A DNA stretch of 57,539 bases, taken from Eubacteriales bacterium (lineage in GTDB: Bacteria > Bacillota > Clostridia > Oscillospirales > CAG-272). The position numbers were made by a program, and so were the translations under genes. The stretch's first letter is position 1. The number at the start of each line of letters is the position of its first letter. This document shows positions 18,185-27,369 of the stretch, piece after piece. The notes beneath the pieces are model-generated. The model ran no database searches. It saw nothing but the letters and a program-made list of their open reading frames with translations, and was not told the origin of the DNA. The stretch is from contig JBJDZD010000053.1 of the NCBI GenBank assembly GCA_051867815.1, positions 1 through 57,539 on the forward strand. The letters run 5' to 3'.

Positions 18185-19540
18185 TTATCTGTCGGCAAGT
18201 CGGGTGTATTCCTGCTCGGGCTTTACATTGATATACGCCGGGCGGATGATCTTACCTGCGTTTTGGATCTCCTCTAAGCGGTGCGCGCTCCAGCCGGCTA
18301 TTCTCGCAACCGCAAATATGGGGGTGAACAGCTCGTACGGCAGGCCGAGCATACGGTAGACCATGCCCGAATAAAAGTCCACGTTTGCGCTGACGCCTTT
18401 GTAGATGCGGCGCTTTTCGGCGATGACCTCGGGCGCGATCTTTTCAACGGTCTTGTAAAGCTCGAATTCCTCCGTCATGCCCTTTTCCGCCGAAAGCTTT
18501 TCCGCATAGGTGCGCAATATTTCCGCGCGTGGGTCGGAAAGCGAGTAGACGGCGTGTCCCATGCCGTAAATCAGACCTGTGCGGTCAAAGGCTTCTTTGT
18601 CAAGCAGACGTACGAGATAATCCTTGACCTCGGCGACGTTCTTGGTGTTCACAGACTGCTTCATGTCGTCAAACATCTGAACGACCTTGACGTTTGCGCC
18701 GCCGTGGCGCGGTCCCTTGAGCGAGCCGAGAGCCGCTGATATGGCGGAATAGGTATCGGTGCCCGATGAGGTCACCACGTGGGTCGTGAAGGTGGAGTTG
18801 TTACCTCCGCCATGCTCCGCGTGCAAAACGAGGGCAAGGTCGAGAAGCTTGGCTTCAAGGGGAGAAAATTCACCGTCCTCGCGAAGGAGATAGAGGAGAT
18901 TTTCCGCCGTTGACAGCTCCTTTTTCGGGTAATGGATGAAAAGGCTGTTTCCGTTGTGATAATGCTGGAAGGAATGGTAGCTGTAAACGGCTATGAGGGG
19001 CAGCTGTGCGATGAGGGACAGGCATTGGCGAAGGACGTTGGGCGTATCTATGCTGTCGGGGTTGTCGTCGTAGGCGTAGAGTGCAAGAACGCTTCGCGAG
19101 ATGATGTTCATCATGTCGCGGCCGGGAGCCTTGAGTATCATATCGCGAACGAATGAGGGCGGCAGGGAGCGGTAGAGTGAGAGCTGCTCGCGGAAAGCAG
19201 CAAGCTCCGCACGGCTCGGTAGCTTGGAGGTAAGCAGAAGATACGCCGTTTCCTCAAAGCCCGGGCGGTCGTCGGCAAGAAAGCCGTCAACGAGCGAGCG
19301 GATGTTGATACCTCTGTAATAAAGCTCTCCGCGGCAGGGAACGACGTTTCCCTCGGCATCCGCCGCCTTTGATTTTATATGCGAGATCTCGGTAAGTCCC
19401 GCCACGACACCGTTTCCGTCGATGTCTCGCAGGCCGCGCTTGACATCATGCTCGCGATACATATCGGAGCTGATACGATTATTCTCTCCGGACTTGCCGG
19501 CAAGCTCCCTGATATACGGTGTTATTTCGGAATAATTCAT
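18185..19540 (-). CDS. citrate synthase
   Basis: 451 aa. Citrate synthase motifs LHAEHGGGNNSTF and GMGHAVY. Confidence 0.85.
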   Translation of the reverse strand: MNYSEITPYIRELAGKSGENNRISSDMYREHDVKRGLRDIDGNGVVAGLTEISHIKSKAADAEGNVVPCRGELYYRGINIRSLVDGFLADDRPGFEETAYLLLTSKLPSRAELAAFREQLSLYRSLPPSFVRDMILKAPGRDMMNIISRSVLALYAYDDNPDSIDTPNVLRQCLSLIAQLPLIAVYSYHSFQHYHNGNSLFIHYPKKELSTAENLLYLLREDGEFSPLEAKLLDLALVLHAEHGGGNNSTFTTHVVTSSGTDTYSAISAALGSLKGPRHGGANVKVVQMFDDMKQSVNTKNVAEVKDYLVRLLDKEAFDRTGLIYGMGHAVYSLSDPRAEILRTYAEKLSAEKGMTEEFELYKTVEKIAPEVIAEKRRIYKGVSANVDFYSGMVYRMLGLPYELFTPIFAVARIAGWSAHRLEEIQNAGKIIRPAYINVKPEQEYTRLADR

Positions 19541-19750
19541 GGTTTTTCTCCTTTATGTGCGCAGAGGGGCAATGCGTTATCGCATTGCCCCAATTTGTTC
19601 AGTTGAATTTGATAACAGTATGAAATAATGATATCACATTTTAGCCGTATTGTCAAGTTTTTTTCGTAAATCCGACTCAACCCCTTGCATTACTTTATAT
19701 AATATGATATAATTACTTTGTCTAACTAATAGGAATTCAGGAGATATCTT

Positions 19751-20122
19751 ATGAAACTTGCCGAATCGGGGGAAATGTACCTCGAAACCATATATCTTCT
19801 TTCGCAGTCGTCGAGCGCGGTGCGCTCCGTTGACGTTGCGGAAAGTCTCGGATATTCCAAGCCGAGCGTCAGCCGTGCCATCGGAATACTGAAAACCGGG
19901 GAATACGTCACCGTTGACCGTTCGGGCTTTATCACGCTGACCGAAAAGGGGTACCAAACGGCTCATAATCTCTACGAACGCCACACGATACTGACGGATA
20001 TGCTCGTTTGGCTCGGAGTTGACCAAAGCATTGCCGCCGAGGACGCATGCAAGATCGAGCACGTTATAAGCGCAGAGTCTTTCGAAGCCATAAAGAATCA
20101 TATCAGAGGTAAAAAATTATGA
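19751..20122 (+). CDS. DtxR/MntR family metal-dependent transcriptional regulator
   Basis: SGEMYLETIYLL...VRSVDVAESLGYSKPSVSRAI...ERHTILTDML. Confidence 0.85.
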   Translation: MKLAESGEMYLETIYLLSQSSSAVRSVDVAESLGYSKPSVSRAIGILKTGEYVTVDRSGFITLTEKGYQTAHNLYERHTILTDMLVWLGVDQSIAAEDACKIEHVISAESFEAIKNHIRGKKL

Positions 20123-22389
20123 CGACATTCATCCGCATCATTCCCTACGTTGTAATTCTGGCGATAGCCGCTATCATCGGCTTCGCCAAAGGCGCGAAAA
20201 AGAGTCTGATATCCCTCATCAGGACGTTTGCGTCGCTTACCGTAGCTTTTATTGCGGTCGCCGTGTTCTGCCGCACCGTCCCCGGAAGCACGCTTTTGGC
20301 GCAGCTGTTTGCCTCATCCGACACCGAGCTGCTTCAGTCATCCGCAATTCAAAACGTTATCGGCGATATTGCTTACAGCCTTGCCGCGCCGTTTGCCTTC
20401 CTCGTGCTTTTCATCATAGTTGATCTGATCATGCGCATACCTGCCGCCGTGATAGGCCGCGCCGTGGGCACGGATGCACCCTCATCAACGGGCGGACGCA
20501 TGGCAGGTGCAGCTCTTAAAGCTGTCACGGCGTTTGCGGTTCTGCTCGTACTCACCATGCCCTTCGCGAACGTTTTTTGCTCGCTGACGGACGGCGTTCT
20601 TAAGATCACGAATGCCGCCAAGGAAGAAAACGTTCAGGTAGACACCGAGAGTCCCGATATCGTGATCGCCGGCGAATATTATCTGACGGACGGGAACGGC
20701 ATCCTCAACACGGAAGAGGTTGACCGTATGGCGGCAGATATAGTTGAACCCGTCCGCGCGGACGTTATGGTCAAGCTCTCCTATTCATTCCCCATGCGCT
20801 TGATGTGCAATGCCATGACGGGCGCGACCGACGCAAGCCGGGGAGCGCGCAACGAGCTTTCACAGCTCTTTGACGTTGCGGCGGCGGCAGTCAGCTTTGT
20901 ATCTCCGCTCGAAGATTACGGCGACAATCAAAAGGAGGCGATCTCGCTGATAGTTGAATATATTGCCGAATCCAAAGCTCACTGCGAGGCTGTGGCGGAC
21001 GCGGTCGCCTACCTTGCGCAAAACGTCATCGAGGAGGGTGACACACCCCTCGGTGAGGGCAATATCACGATAATCACCTCGCCCCTGTTTGACATCCTCG
21101 CAAATACCACTCCGGACACGGTCGCAGAGGATTTTTACACTCTTCGCGACATCATCGTCATCATGATCGATTACGATATTCCGGCAGAGATTGCCGTCGC
21201 GCTTGCGAATGAGTCGCCCGAAGCACTTGTGAGGACTTTTGCCAACGAGGAATTCCTTTACGAATTGCTCGGCAGTCTTTACGCAAACGATGACTACCGC
21301 CACATGATCGCGCCCGTGCTTGACTATGCCTTCACGGTCATCATGCAGGAATTCGATCCGACCGTCGCGCGCATGTATGTAGCCAAGGTCCCCGAAAGCT
21401 ACACCGAAGACTTTTTGCGCAGCGAGGCGAAAATATTCTCGTCTGTATTTAAGGACGGATACGAGATAATGCAGATTGCTCCCAATCTCAGCGGATCCGG
21501 CTCATATTCCGTTATACTTAACACCGATCTTTCGGCATTCGGTCGTTTCGTTGATACCACTCGTGCAAGCGTGATGATCGGCGACGGTGTGACAGAGCTT
21601 TTCCTGGCAATTCTGAGAAGCAGCTCCTTTGACAGCCTGCGCAGCGTAGCGGATGTTCTCGTCAAAAATATCGAGTCCGGAACGGATGTAAGTGTTGAGA
21701 GCCTGCTCATTGCAACGCAGAACTTTATTAAAATATCCGACTTGTGCATTTCCGAGGGTAAAACCGACACTCTTACCGTTGCCTCTGCCATGCGCGAGAT
21801 AAATACGGCTTGCGACGAGGAAACTGCGAAACTCCTTAAGGAAATTATTGTGGAAAGCGACATCGTATCCGAGATAGTTGCCACGGATAACAAGAATGAA
21901 GACGCGGCCGACACTGCTTCAAAGGCTGTCGGCGTTATGATCGAAGAGCTGGCTACCGGTGATTTTACCGACGAGGAATACGAAGAAGAGGCCAAGGCAA
22001 TCGATATTTCCATGAAGATACTCAGCGCAACCACTCAAGAGGAGGTTGATGAGCTTTACAGCGACGAGGAAAACACTCGCGAAATGGTTGAGGTCATGGC
22101 AAACTCCAAGATCGCATCCGCCGCCATGATCGAGATAGCGTATGAGGACGGCGACCCGAGCAAGCCCCTCACCGACGATGCCCTCGACCTCAAGGATAAG
22201 GTTAGCGAGACGGGCAGGGATAATGTCCGCGAGGAATGTAAGGAGTATTATATGGATGTCCTCTCAAAGGGAGAGGACACCTCTCAGATAGAAATTAATT
22301 TCAAAGCCCTTTCGGCAATCCTCGACCTCGGAATCACCGATGACGTGCTCGGATCGTGGAGTGCGGAAGCTAATGAACCTACTGCATAA
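20119..22389 (+). CDS. large acidic membrane protein with a CvpA-like N-terminus, uncharacterised
   Basis: 756 aa. N-terminal TM helices followed by a long D/E-rich domain. ATGA overlap with the regulator's stop. Confidence 0.6.
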   Translation: MTTFIRIIPYVVILAIAAIIGFAKGAKKSLISLIRTFASLTVAFIAVAVFCRTVPGSTLLAQLFASSDTELLQSSAIQNVIGDIAYSLAAPFAFLVLFIIVDLIMRIPAAVIGRAVGTDAPSSTGGRMAGAALKAVTAFAVLLVLTMPFANVFCSLTDGVLKITNAAKEENVQVDTESPDIVIAGEYYLTDGNGILNTEEVDRMAADIVEPVRADVMVKLSYSFPMRLMCNAMTGATDASRGARNELSQLFDVAAAAVSFVSPLEDYGDNQKEAISLIVEYIAESKAHCEAVADAVAYLAQNVIEEGDTPLGEGNITIITSPLFDILANTTPDTVAEDFYTLRDIIVIMIDYDIPAEIAVALANESPEALVRTFANEEFLYELLGSLYANDDYRHMIAPVLDYAFTVIMQEFDPTVARMYVAKVPESYTEDFLRSEAKIFSSVFKDGYEIMQIAPNLSGSGSYSVILNTDLSAFGRFVDTTRASVMIGDGVTELFLAILRSSSFDSLRSVADVLVKNIESGTDVSVESLLIATQNFIKISDLCISEGKTDTLTVASAMREINTACDEETAKLLKEIIVESDIVSEIVATDNKNEDAADTASKAVGVMIEELATGDFTDEEYEEEAKAIDISMKILSATTQEEVDELYSDEENTREMVEVMANSKIASAAMIEIAYEDGDPSKPLTDDALDLKDKVSETGRDNVREECKEYYMDVLSKGEDTSQIEINFKALSAILDLGITDDVLGSWSAEANEPTA

Positions 22390-22402
22390 AGATATGAAAG
22401 AT

Positions 22403-22437
22403 CGCGCCGCCCCATCGGGTCGGCGCGGTTTTATTTT
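22403..22437 (+). terminator. rho-independent terminator between convergent genes
   Basis: CGCGCCGCCCC-atc-GGGTCGGCGCG followed by GTTTTATTTTA. Confidence 0.7.
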
Positions 22438-22442
22438 ATCCG

Positions 22443-24143
22443 TTATCTGTAAAATGCGTTTCCGCCGATGAATTCGCGGATGATGCTTGTGGGCGGAATC
22501 TCGTCGTCAACGTCCGCCTCGTGGATATAGTTGAGTATCTTGACCATTGCGCGCACCTGCTCGTAGCATTCCTCCTCGGGGCCTACGGCACAAAGCAGAG
22601 GATAGATGTGCTTTTTCAGAACTGCAAGCTCGTAAAGAGTGGAGCTGTTGAAGATCATGTCCGCCTCCTCCTGGAAGGGCATTATCCAGCGGCTCTCGCC
22701 GCGGCGCACGGAATCCCACATTGCCAGCGTTGCCTGTACGGGCGAATTCCTCGTATCGTAATCGCGCACCGTGCGGCGAAGCAGGCGCAGATAGCTTGAG
22801 GGGATGCGGTTGTGGTCGTCAAGGCTGAGAGGCAAAAGAGGGCTGATAAAGACCTTGAATACCGAATTTCGGTCAAAATCGGGCGGCAGGAGTACCGGGT
22901 TGAGCGCGTGGATGCCCTCAATGATGATAACGGCATCGTCGTCGAGCTTCAGCACCCTGCCCTTCCATTCGCGCTTGCCGGTTTTGAAGTTGAAGCAGGG
23001 CAGTTCAACCTCCTCACCGTGAAGGAGCGCGGAAAACTGCTTGCCGAAAAGCTCCGTGTCGAGCGTGTTGATGTGTTCAAGGTCGATCTTGCCGTCCTCG
23101 CCCGGCTCTATGGTGTCCCGGTTGCGGTAGTAATCATCAAGACTCATGAGTATCGGGCGCTTGCCGTGGCACCTCAGCTGTGTGGCAAGACGATTTGCCG
23201 ACGTGGTCTTGCCAGAGGAGCTGGGGCCTGCAAGCATGACGGCATGCGCGCCGCGCTCGCAGATCCTATCCGCAATTTGCGAGAAATTCTTCTCGTGGAG
23301 TGCCTCGTTTACGCGAATAAGCTCGCGGATCTTGCCGGAATCGGTCATTTCGTTGAGGTCCGCGACCGTTTCACATTGCATCAGCTCGCCCCAACGCTTG
23401 CCCTCGTCGTAAACGTTCATGAAATTCGTCATTTCCTTGTAGTCGGAGACGCGGTCGGGATCATTTCTGTCCGGGAACACGAAAATAAAGCCCGAGCGCG
23501 AGGGAATGATGTCCCAAGCGCGCAAATAGCCCGTTGAAGGCGCCATTTCGCCGTAATAATAGTCAAGGAAGTCGCCGTCTCCGTAAACATCGAGCGTGGG
23601 CGAGGTGCGGTAGGAGAGCAGGCGCGATTTATCAAACTGGCCGCGGCGCGTGAAATAATCCATTGCCTCCGAGGTGGAAATGCGGTGTCGGATCAGCGGA
23701 ATATCTTCTTTTACTATCTCGCAGACACATTTCTTCAATTTTTCAGCCGAGAAATCCTCCGCTCCCGAGACCTTGATGTACATTCCCGAGCCGACGGTGC
23801 AGTTCATCTTTGCTCTTGCCTTCGGCCAGAGCTTTCGAATGGCGTAAAAGAGAACGAACTGCGCGGTGCGGCGGTAGGTGTCCTTGCCGCTGGGGTCGGT
23901 GTAGCGGATGAGGTGAACGCCGCCGTCCGATGCCGCCATCGCCTTGCGGATGGATTCACGCTCGTGAGACGCGTCCTTTTCGCGCATGGGGATGTAATTC
24001 AAGGTGAAGATCTCACCTGCGATCTTTGCGGCGATCGGGTCGGTCGAGAGCTTGCCCGTAACAAGTCCCATTTCCTTAACTATGTCAAGCAGGCTTTGTC
24101 CTGTTTTTACCCAATATACGTATCCGTCAATATTTAATTTCAT
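22443..24143 (-). CDS. uridine kinase / phosphoribulokinase-family nucleoside kinase with an N-terminal TGS-like extension
   Basis: Walker A LAGPSSSGKTTSANRL. AGGAGG RBS before the ATG at 24143. Confidence 0.65.
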   Translation of the reverse strand: MKLNIDGYVYWVKTGQSLLDIVKEMGLVTGKLSTDPIAAKIAGEIFTLNYIPMREKDASHERESIRKAMAASDGGVHLIRYTDPSGKDTYRRTAQFVLFYAIRKLWPKARAKMNCTVGSGMYIKVSGAEDFSAEKLKKCVCEIVKEDIPLIRHRISTSEAMDYFTRRGQFDKSRLLSYRTSPTLDVYGDGDFLDYYYGEMAPSTGYLRAWDIIPSRSGFIFVFPDRNDPDRVSDYKEMTNFMNVYDEGKRWGELMQCETVADLNEMTDSGKIRELIRVNEALHEKNFSQIADRICERGAHAVMLAGPSSSGKTTSANRLATQLRCHGKRPILMSLDDYYRNRDTIEPGEDGKIDLEHINTLDTELFGKQFSALLHGEEVELPCFNFKTGKREWKGRVLKLDDDAVIIIEGIHALNPVLLPPDFDRNSVFKVFISPLLPLSLDDHNRIPSSYLRLLRRTVRDYDTRNSPVQATLAMWDSVRRGESRWIMPFQEEADMIFNSSTLYELAVLKKHIYPLLCAVGPEEECYEQVRAMVKILNYIHEADVDDEIPPTSIIREFIGGNAFYR

Positions 24144-24158
24144 GATTTTCCTCCTATT

Positions 24159-24191
24159 AAAAAAGATGACTACCATTAATTAATGGTAGTC
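24159..24191 (-). promoter_or_regulatory. perfect 24-bp palindrome plus U-tract in the 5' leader (attenuator or operator)
   Basis: GACTACCATTAATTAATGGTAGTC (24168-24191), followed on the minus strand by ATCTTTTTT and then AGGAGG (24150-24155). Confidence 0.5.
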
Positions 24192-24265
24192 AACCGTATG
24201 TTGGTTGGTAGAAACGCTTACACATACCGTAAGCATATACCTTAGTTTATTATTCCATTTTGATT

Positions 24266-24294
24266 AGTATACCACATTTTTTGGAAATTGTCAA
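24266..24294 (-). promoter_or_regulatory. sigma-A promoter of the kinase gene
   Basis: On the minus strand: TTGACA (24289-24294), 17-nt spacer, TGgTATACT (24266-24271). Confidence 0.6.
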
Positions 24295-24299
24295 TATTT

Positions 24300-25091
24300 T
24301 CAGAGAATTTCTTTGACAACCGCCATAAATTCGGCGTTTATAGTGCGATTTGAGGCAAAAACAGACGAGGGAGCGGAAAAAGTAATGGCTTTGCCGTCCT
24401 TATCGGTAATGATTCCGCCTGCTTCGCGAATGAGTAGCTCGCCTGCCGCGATATCCCAGGGCGATAGCATAAGCTCAAAGAATATATCGTTCCTTCCCGC
24501 CGCGAGATAAGCCAGATCAAGCGCCGCCGCGCCGGGGCGGCGGATGTCGCTGCAGCGGCGGTAGAGCGCGTGCGCAAGGCGGAAGGTACCCTCGCCGAGA
24601 GTGTCCTTGTAGTAGGGACAGGTGCCGAAAGCGACTATGGCGTGGGGCATATTACGGCTTGAGGTCTGCATCGGCTTGCCGTTAAAAAATGCGCCGCCGC
24701 CACGAACTGCCGAGAACATTTCGTCGAGGTAGGGGTCGTAGACCGCGGCAAAAACGGTCTGTCCGCGCGAGAAAAGCGCGAGCGAGATGCAGGAATGCTT
24801 GTATTCATGCACAAAATTCGAGGTACCGTCAATGGGGTCGATGACGAAGCAGTATTCGCGGTCGAGGTCGGCGGCGTTATTCTCCTTTTCCTCCGCGAAG
24901 AAAAAAGCGTCGGGAATCAGCTTTTTTATCTCGCCGATCAAAAAGTTTTGCACGGCGACATCGTAAAGCGTCACCATATTTGCGGCATCGCCGCCCTTTT
25001 CGCTGACCGCACCCTCAATGTCGCGCGCGCCCGTCATTATCCTGCCTGCTTCGCGAATGAGAGAAAGCAGCTCTTTTTCAAAATATTTCAT
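24300..25091 (-). CDS. inositol monophosphatase family protein
   Basis: Motifs FVIDPIDGTSNF and WDIAAG. Confidence 0.85.
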   Translation of the reverse strand: MKYFEKELLSLIREAGRIMTGARDIEGAVSEKGGDAANMVTLYDVAVQNFLIGEIKKLIPDAFFFAEEKENNAADLDREYCFVIDPIDGTSNFVHEYKHSCISLALFSRGQTVFAAVYDPYLDEMFSAVRGGGAFFNGKPMQTSSRNMPHAIVAFGTCPYYKDTLGEGTFRLAHALYRRCSDIRRPGAAALDLAYLAAGRNDIFFELMLSPWDIAAGELLIREAGGIITDKDGKAITFSAPSSVFASNRTINAEFMAVVKEIL

Positions 25092-25945
25092 CGTGTTTTC
25101 TCCTGCTTTGTTTTTGGGTTGTATCTCAGCTCGTTTACCGAATAGACGGTCACGAACGCCTTCGGATCGATCTTTTTGACGAAATCCATCAGCTTGCGGT
25201 ATTCGTTCTTATCAACGATGGTGACGACCTCGCGGCGAACCGAGCCGTCGTAAGCTCCGATGCCGTCGTAGAGGGTCGCTCCGCTGTGCAGCTCGTGGAG
25301 CAGATAATCAACGATCTCGTCATTCTTCGGCGAGAGGATGCAAACGCGTCGTTTGATATTCAGCCCGAAAATGAACTTGTCGACTATCATGCCGCTGAAA
25401 TATGTGCCGAGCAAGCTCAGCACCACCGTTTTGGTGTCGTAAACCAAGAGGGTGGTCATTGCAACGAGCATGCCGGAGAGCGATATTGCCGTTCCAAGCT
25501 CCATGCGCAGATGCTTGTTGAGTATTTTTGCGACGATATCGAGGCCGCCCGACGAGGCGTTGCGGGAGAAAAGTATCGCCATGGCGACGCCGACGACGAG
25601 TATGTAGCAGACCATGTCGATCAGGGGGTCGTTTGTCAGCGACTGAAAATCAGGGAAGATGATCTCATAGACGCCGATAGTGACCGGCACGAGGATGGTG
25701 GTGTAGACCGTTTTTGCGCCGAACTCGCGACCCACGAGCAAAAAGCCGAGAATCAGCAGAATGATGTTAAGCGCAAGCGATATCACGGATACCGGCAGGG
25801 GGATGAAATTGGATAGCACCATGGCAAGTGCCGAGCCGCTTCCCACGGCAATATGACTGGGGAGCATGAAAAAGAATATTGCCGTTGCCGAAAGCACGGC
25901 GCCGAAGGTGATCACAGCATATTCCTTAAGAGCGCGTTTGAGCAT
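25088..25945 (-). CDS. YitT family membrane protein (DUF2179 C-terminal domain)
   Basis: Polytopic N-terminus and a soluble C-terminal domain. Start at MLKRALKEY (25945). ATGA overlap with the downstream gene. Confidence 0.7.
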   Translation of the reverse strand: MLKRALKEYAVITFGAVLSATAIFFFMLPSHIAVGSGSALAMVLSNFIPLPVSVISLALNIILLILGFLLVGREFGAKTVYTTILVPVTIGVYEIIFPDFQSLTNDPLIDMVCYILVVGVAMAILFSRNASSGGLDIVAKILNKHLRMELGTAISLSGMLVAMTTLLVYDTKTVVLSLLGTYFSGMIVDKFIFGLNIKRRVCILSPKNDEIVDYLLHELHSGATLYDGIGAYDGSVRREVVTIVDKNEYRKLMDFVKKIDPKAFVTVYSVNELRYNPKTKQEKTR

Positions 25946-25971
25946 GCTTTGAGTCCTCGATTTGAATGAAT

Positions 25972-27279
25972 TTAATTTTTCTTTGCGCGAGCGGAGCGCT
26001 CCTTTGCGAGGAGGTATATCTCCTCGGTGGCGAACGCTATCTTGGTTATTTGGTCGCGCTTTGAGAGGTAGCACCAGAAGCTGTCCTTGGGGACGGAGAT
26101 ATCTATGCAGTCGCCGTTTCCGAGGTAATCGTATTCTATATGCATGCTGTCAAGGTCGAGCGCCGGACGGAAAAGGGTGGTCGGTGCGCCGCCGTAGTAG
26201 GATTCAACGTCCACGCGCGTGCCCTCAGGCGTTTGTTCAACTCGGCCCTTGCCCTGCTGGTAGAATTTAGTCCATCCGGGCAGGGTTTCAATGCGTGCAT
26301 CCTCGTCGATGAAGTGGTAGGTGCCGTTTCGCACCTCCTCGCGAACGCATGCGCGCTCCCATTTCGTCCAATCCGGGATATGCTCGTAGACGGTATCGCC
26401 GCCGTCGGTGGCGTGCAGTCTGCCGTATTCGTCCTGCTCCCAGCGCGCGCCGCACGCTTCGCACCAAAGCTCGGTGCCGCCGGAGTGCATCTCGAATTCC
26501 TTTCCGCAACGCGGACATTTGTAGAGGATGGAGTGCAGGCCGTCAGCGCGCCCGGGGTCGTCAATGACGATCTTGTTTTCGTACTGCCATGCGTAATCGT
26601 CGTAAACGAATGCCTCGGCAATACGGGCGTTGACTTCATCCGCCTTGATGACAGCCGCCTCGTCGGGCGTGACGATCGGGCGGATCTCACCCTCGACGTA
26701 CGTGAATTTGTTTTTCTTGTTCCATTGCGGCTGGGTAACGAAATTACCGTGCAGAGTCAGCACGGCAACCGGCACCTTGAGCATCTGAACGAGCGCTCCG
26801 AGGGAGGGCGGCAGATAAGAGGTGGTGCCGTCCAGCGAATAGCGGCTCTCGGGGTATAGCACGAATATCGCCTTAAGCTCCTGTATGGTGTATTTGATAT
26901 TGCGCACGAGGTTGAGGTCCTGGATGAACTTGCGCTTGCCGATAACGCCGAGCAGATCCATAAGCGGTAGGGTGAAGTCGCGGAAGCCCTCAAGGGTCAT
27001 GACGTTGACCAGCTTCGCCGGATGCGTTGCCCGATACATCATATTCAGATCGACCCTGGAGGCGTGATTGATCAGGAGAATATAGGGCTTGCCGTCGAGT
27101 ATTTCCATATTCGTGCGGACGAGCTTAGCATTTCTCTTTTTCAGATCCGGCCACGAGATGATGGTTTTTGCGAGCCACGGAAAGAAGGTGCGCTTCTTCG
27201 GCTTGCGGCGCGTGTTGAATACCTTGATGTTTGCCGGTGGCTCTGGAATGAGCTTGTGAAGCTTTTCGGAGGTTTCCAT
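25972..27279 (-). CDS. PlsC-type lysophospholipid acyltransferase with an internal zinc ribbon
   Basis: HX4D motif in LLINHASRVDL. CPRCG...CEACG. AAGGAG RBS before METSEKL. Confidence 0.7.
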   Translation of the reverse strand: METSEKLHKLIPEPPANIKVFNTRRKPKKRTFFPWLAKTIISWPDLKKRNAKLVRTNMEILDGKPYILLINHASRVDLNMMYRATHPAKLVNVMTLEGFRDFTLPLMDLLGVIGKRKFIQDLNLVRNIKYTIQELKAIFVLYPESRYSLDGTTSYLPPSLGALVQMLKVPVAVLTLHGNFVTQPQWNKKNKFTYVEGEIRPIVTPDEAAVIKADEVNARIAEAFVYDDYAWQYENKIVIDDPGRADGLHSILYKCPRCGKEFEMHSGGTELWCEACGARWEQDEYGRLHATDGGDTVYEHIPDWTKWERACVREEVRNGTYHFIDEDARIETLPGWTKFYQQGKGRVEQTPEGTRVDVESYYGGAPTTLFRPALDLDSMHIEYDYLGNGDCIDISVPKDSFWCYLSKRDQITKIAFATEEIYLLAKERSARAKKN

Positions 27280-27327
27280 GATGAACTCCTTTATCTGTAA
27301 TTTTTGATGAATACTGCTCAAAGTTCT

Positions 27328-27355
27328 GCCGAAGAAGCCCGTGGGCTTCTTCGGC
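27328..27355 (-). terminator. stem-loop downstream of the tRNA ligase gene
   Basis: GCCGAAGAAGCCC-gt-GGGCTTCTTCGGC, a 13-bp stem. No clear U-tract. Confidence 0.5.
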
Positions 27356-27369
27356 AAGTAAAGCGTTTA

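Noticed and set aside
19634-20101. 155-aa minus-strand ORF overlapping the DtxR-like gene
   Set aside because: The plus-strand frame has the clear DtxR/MntR helix-turn-helix signature, and the minus ORF has no support.
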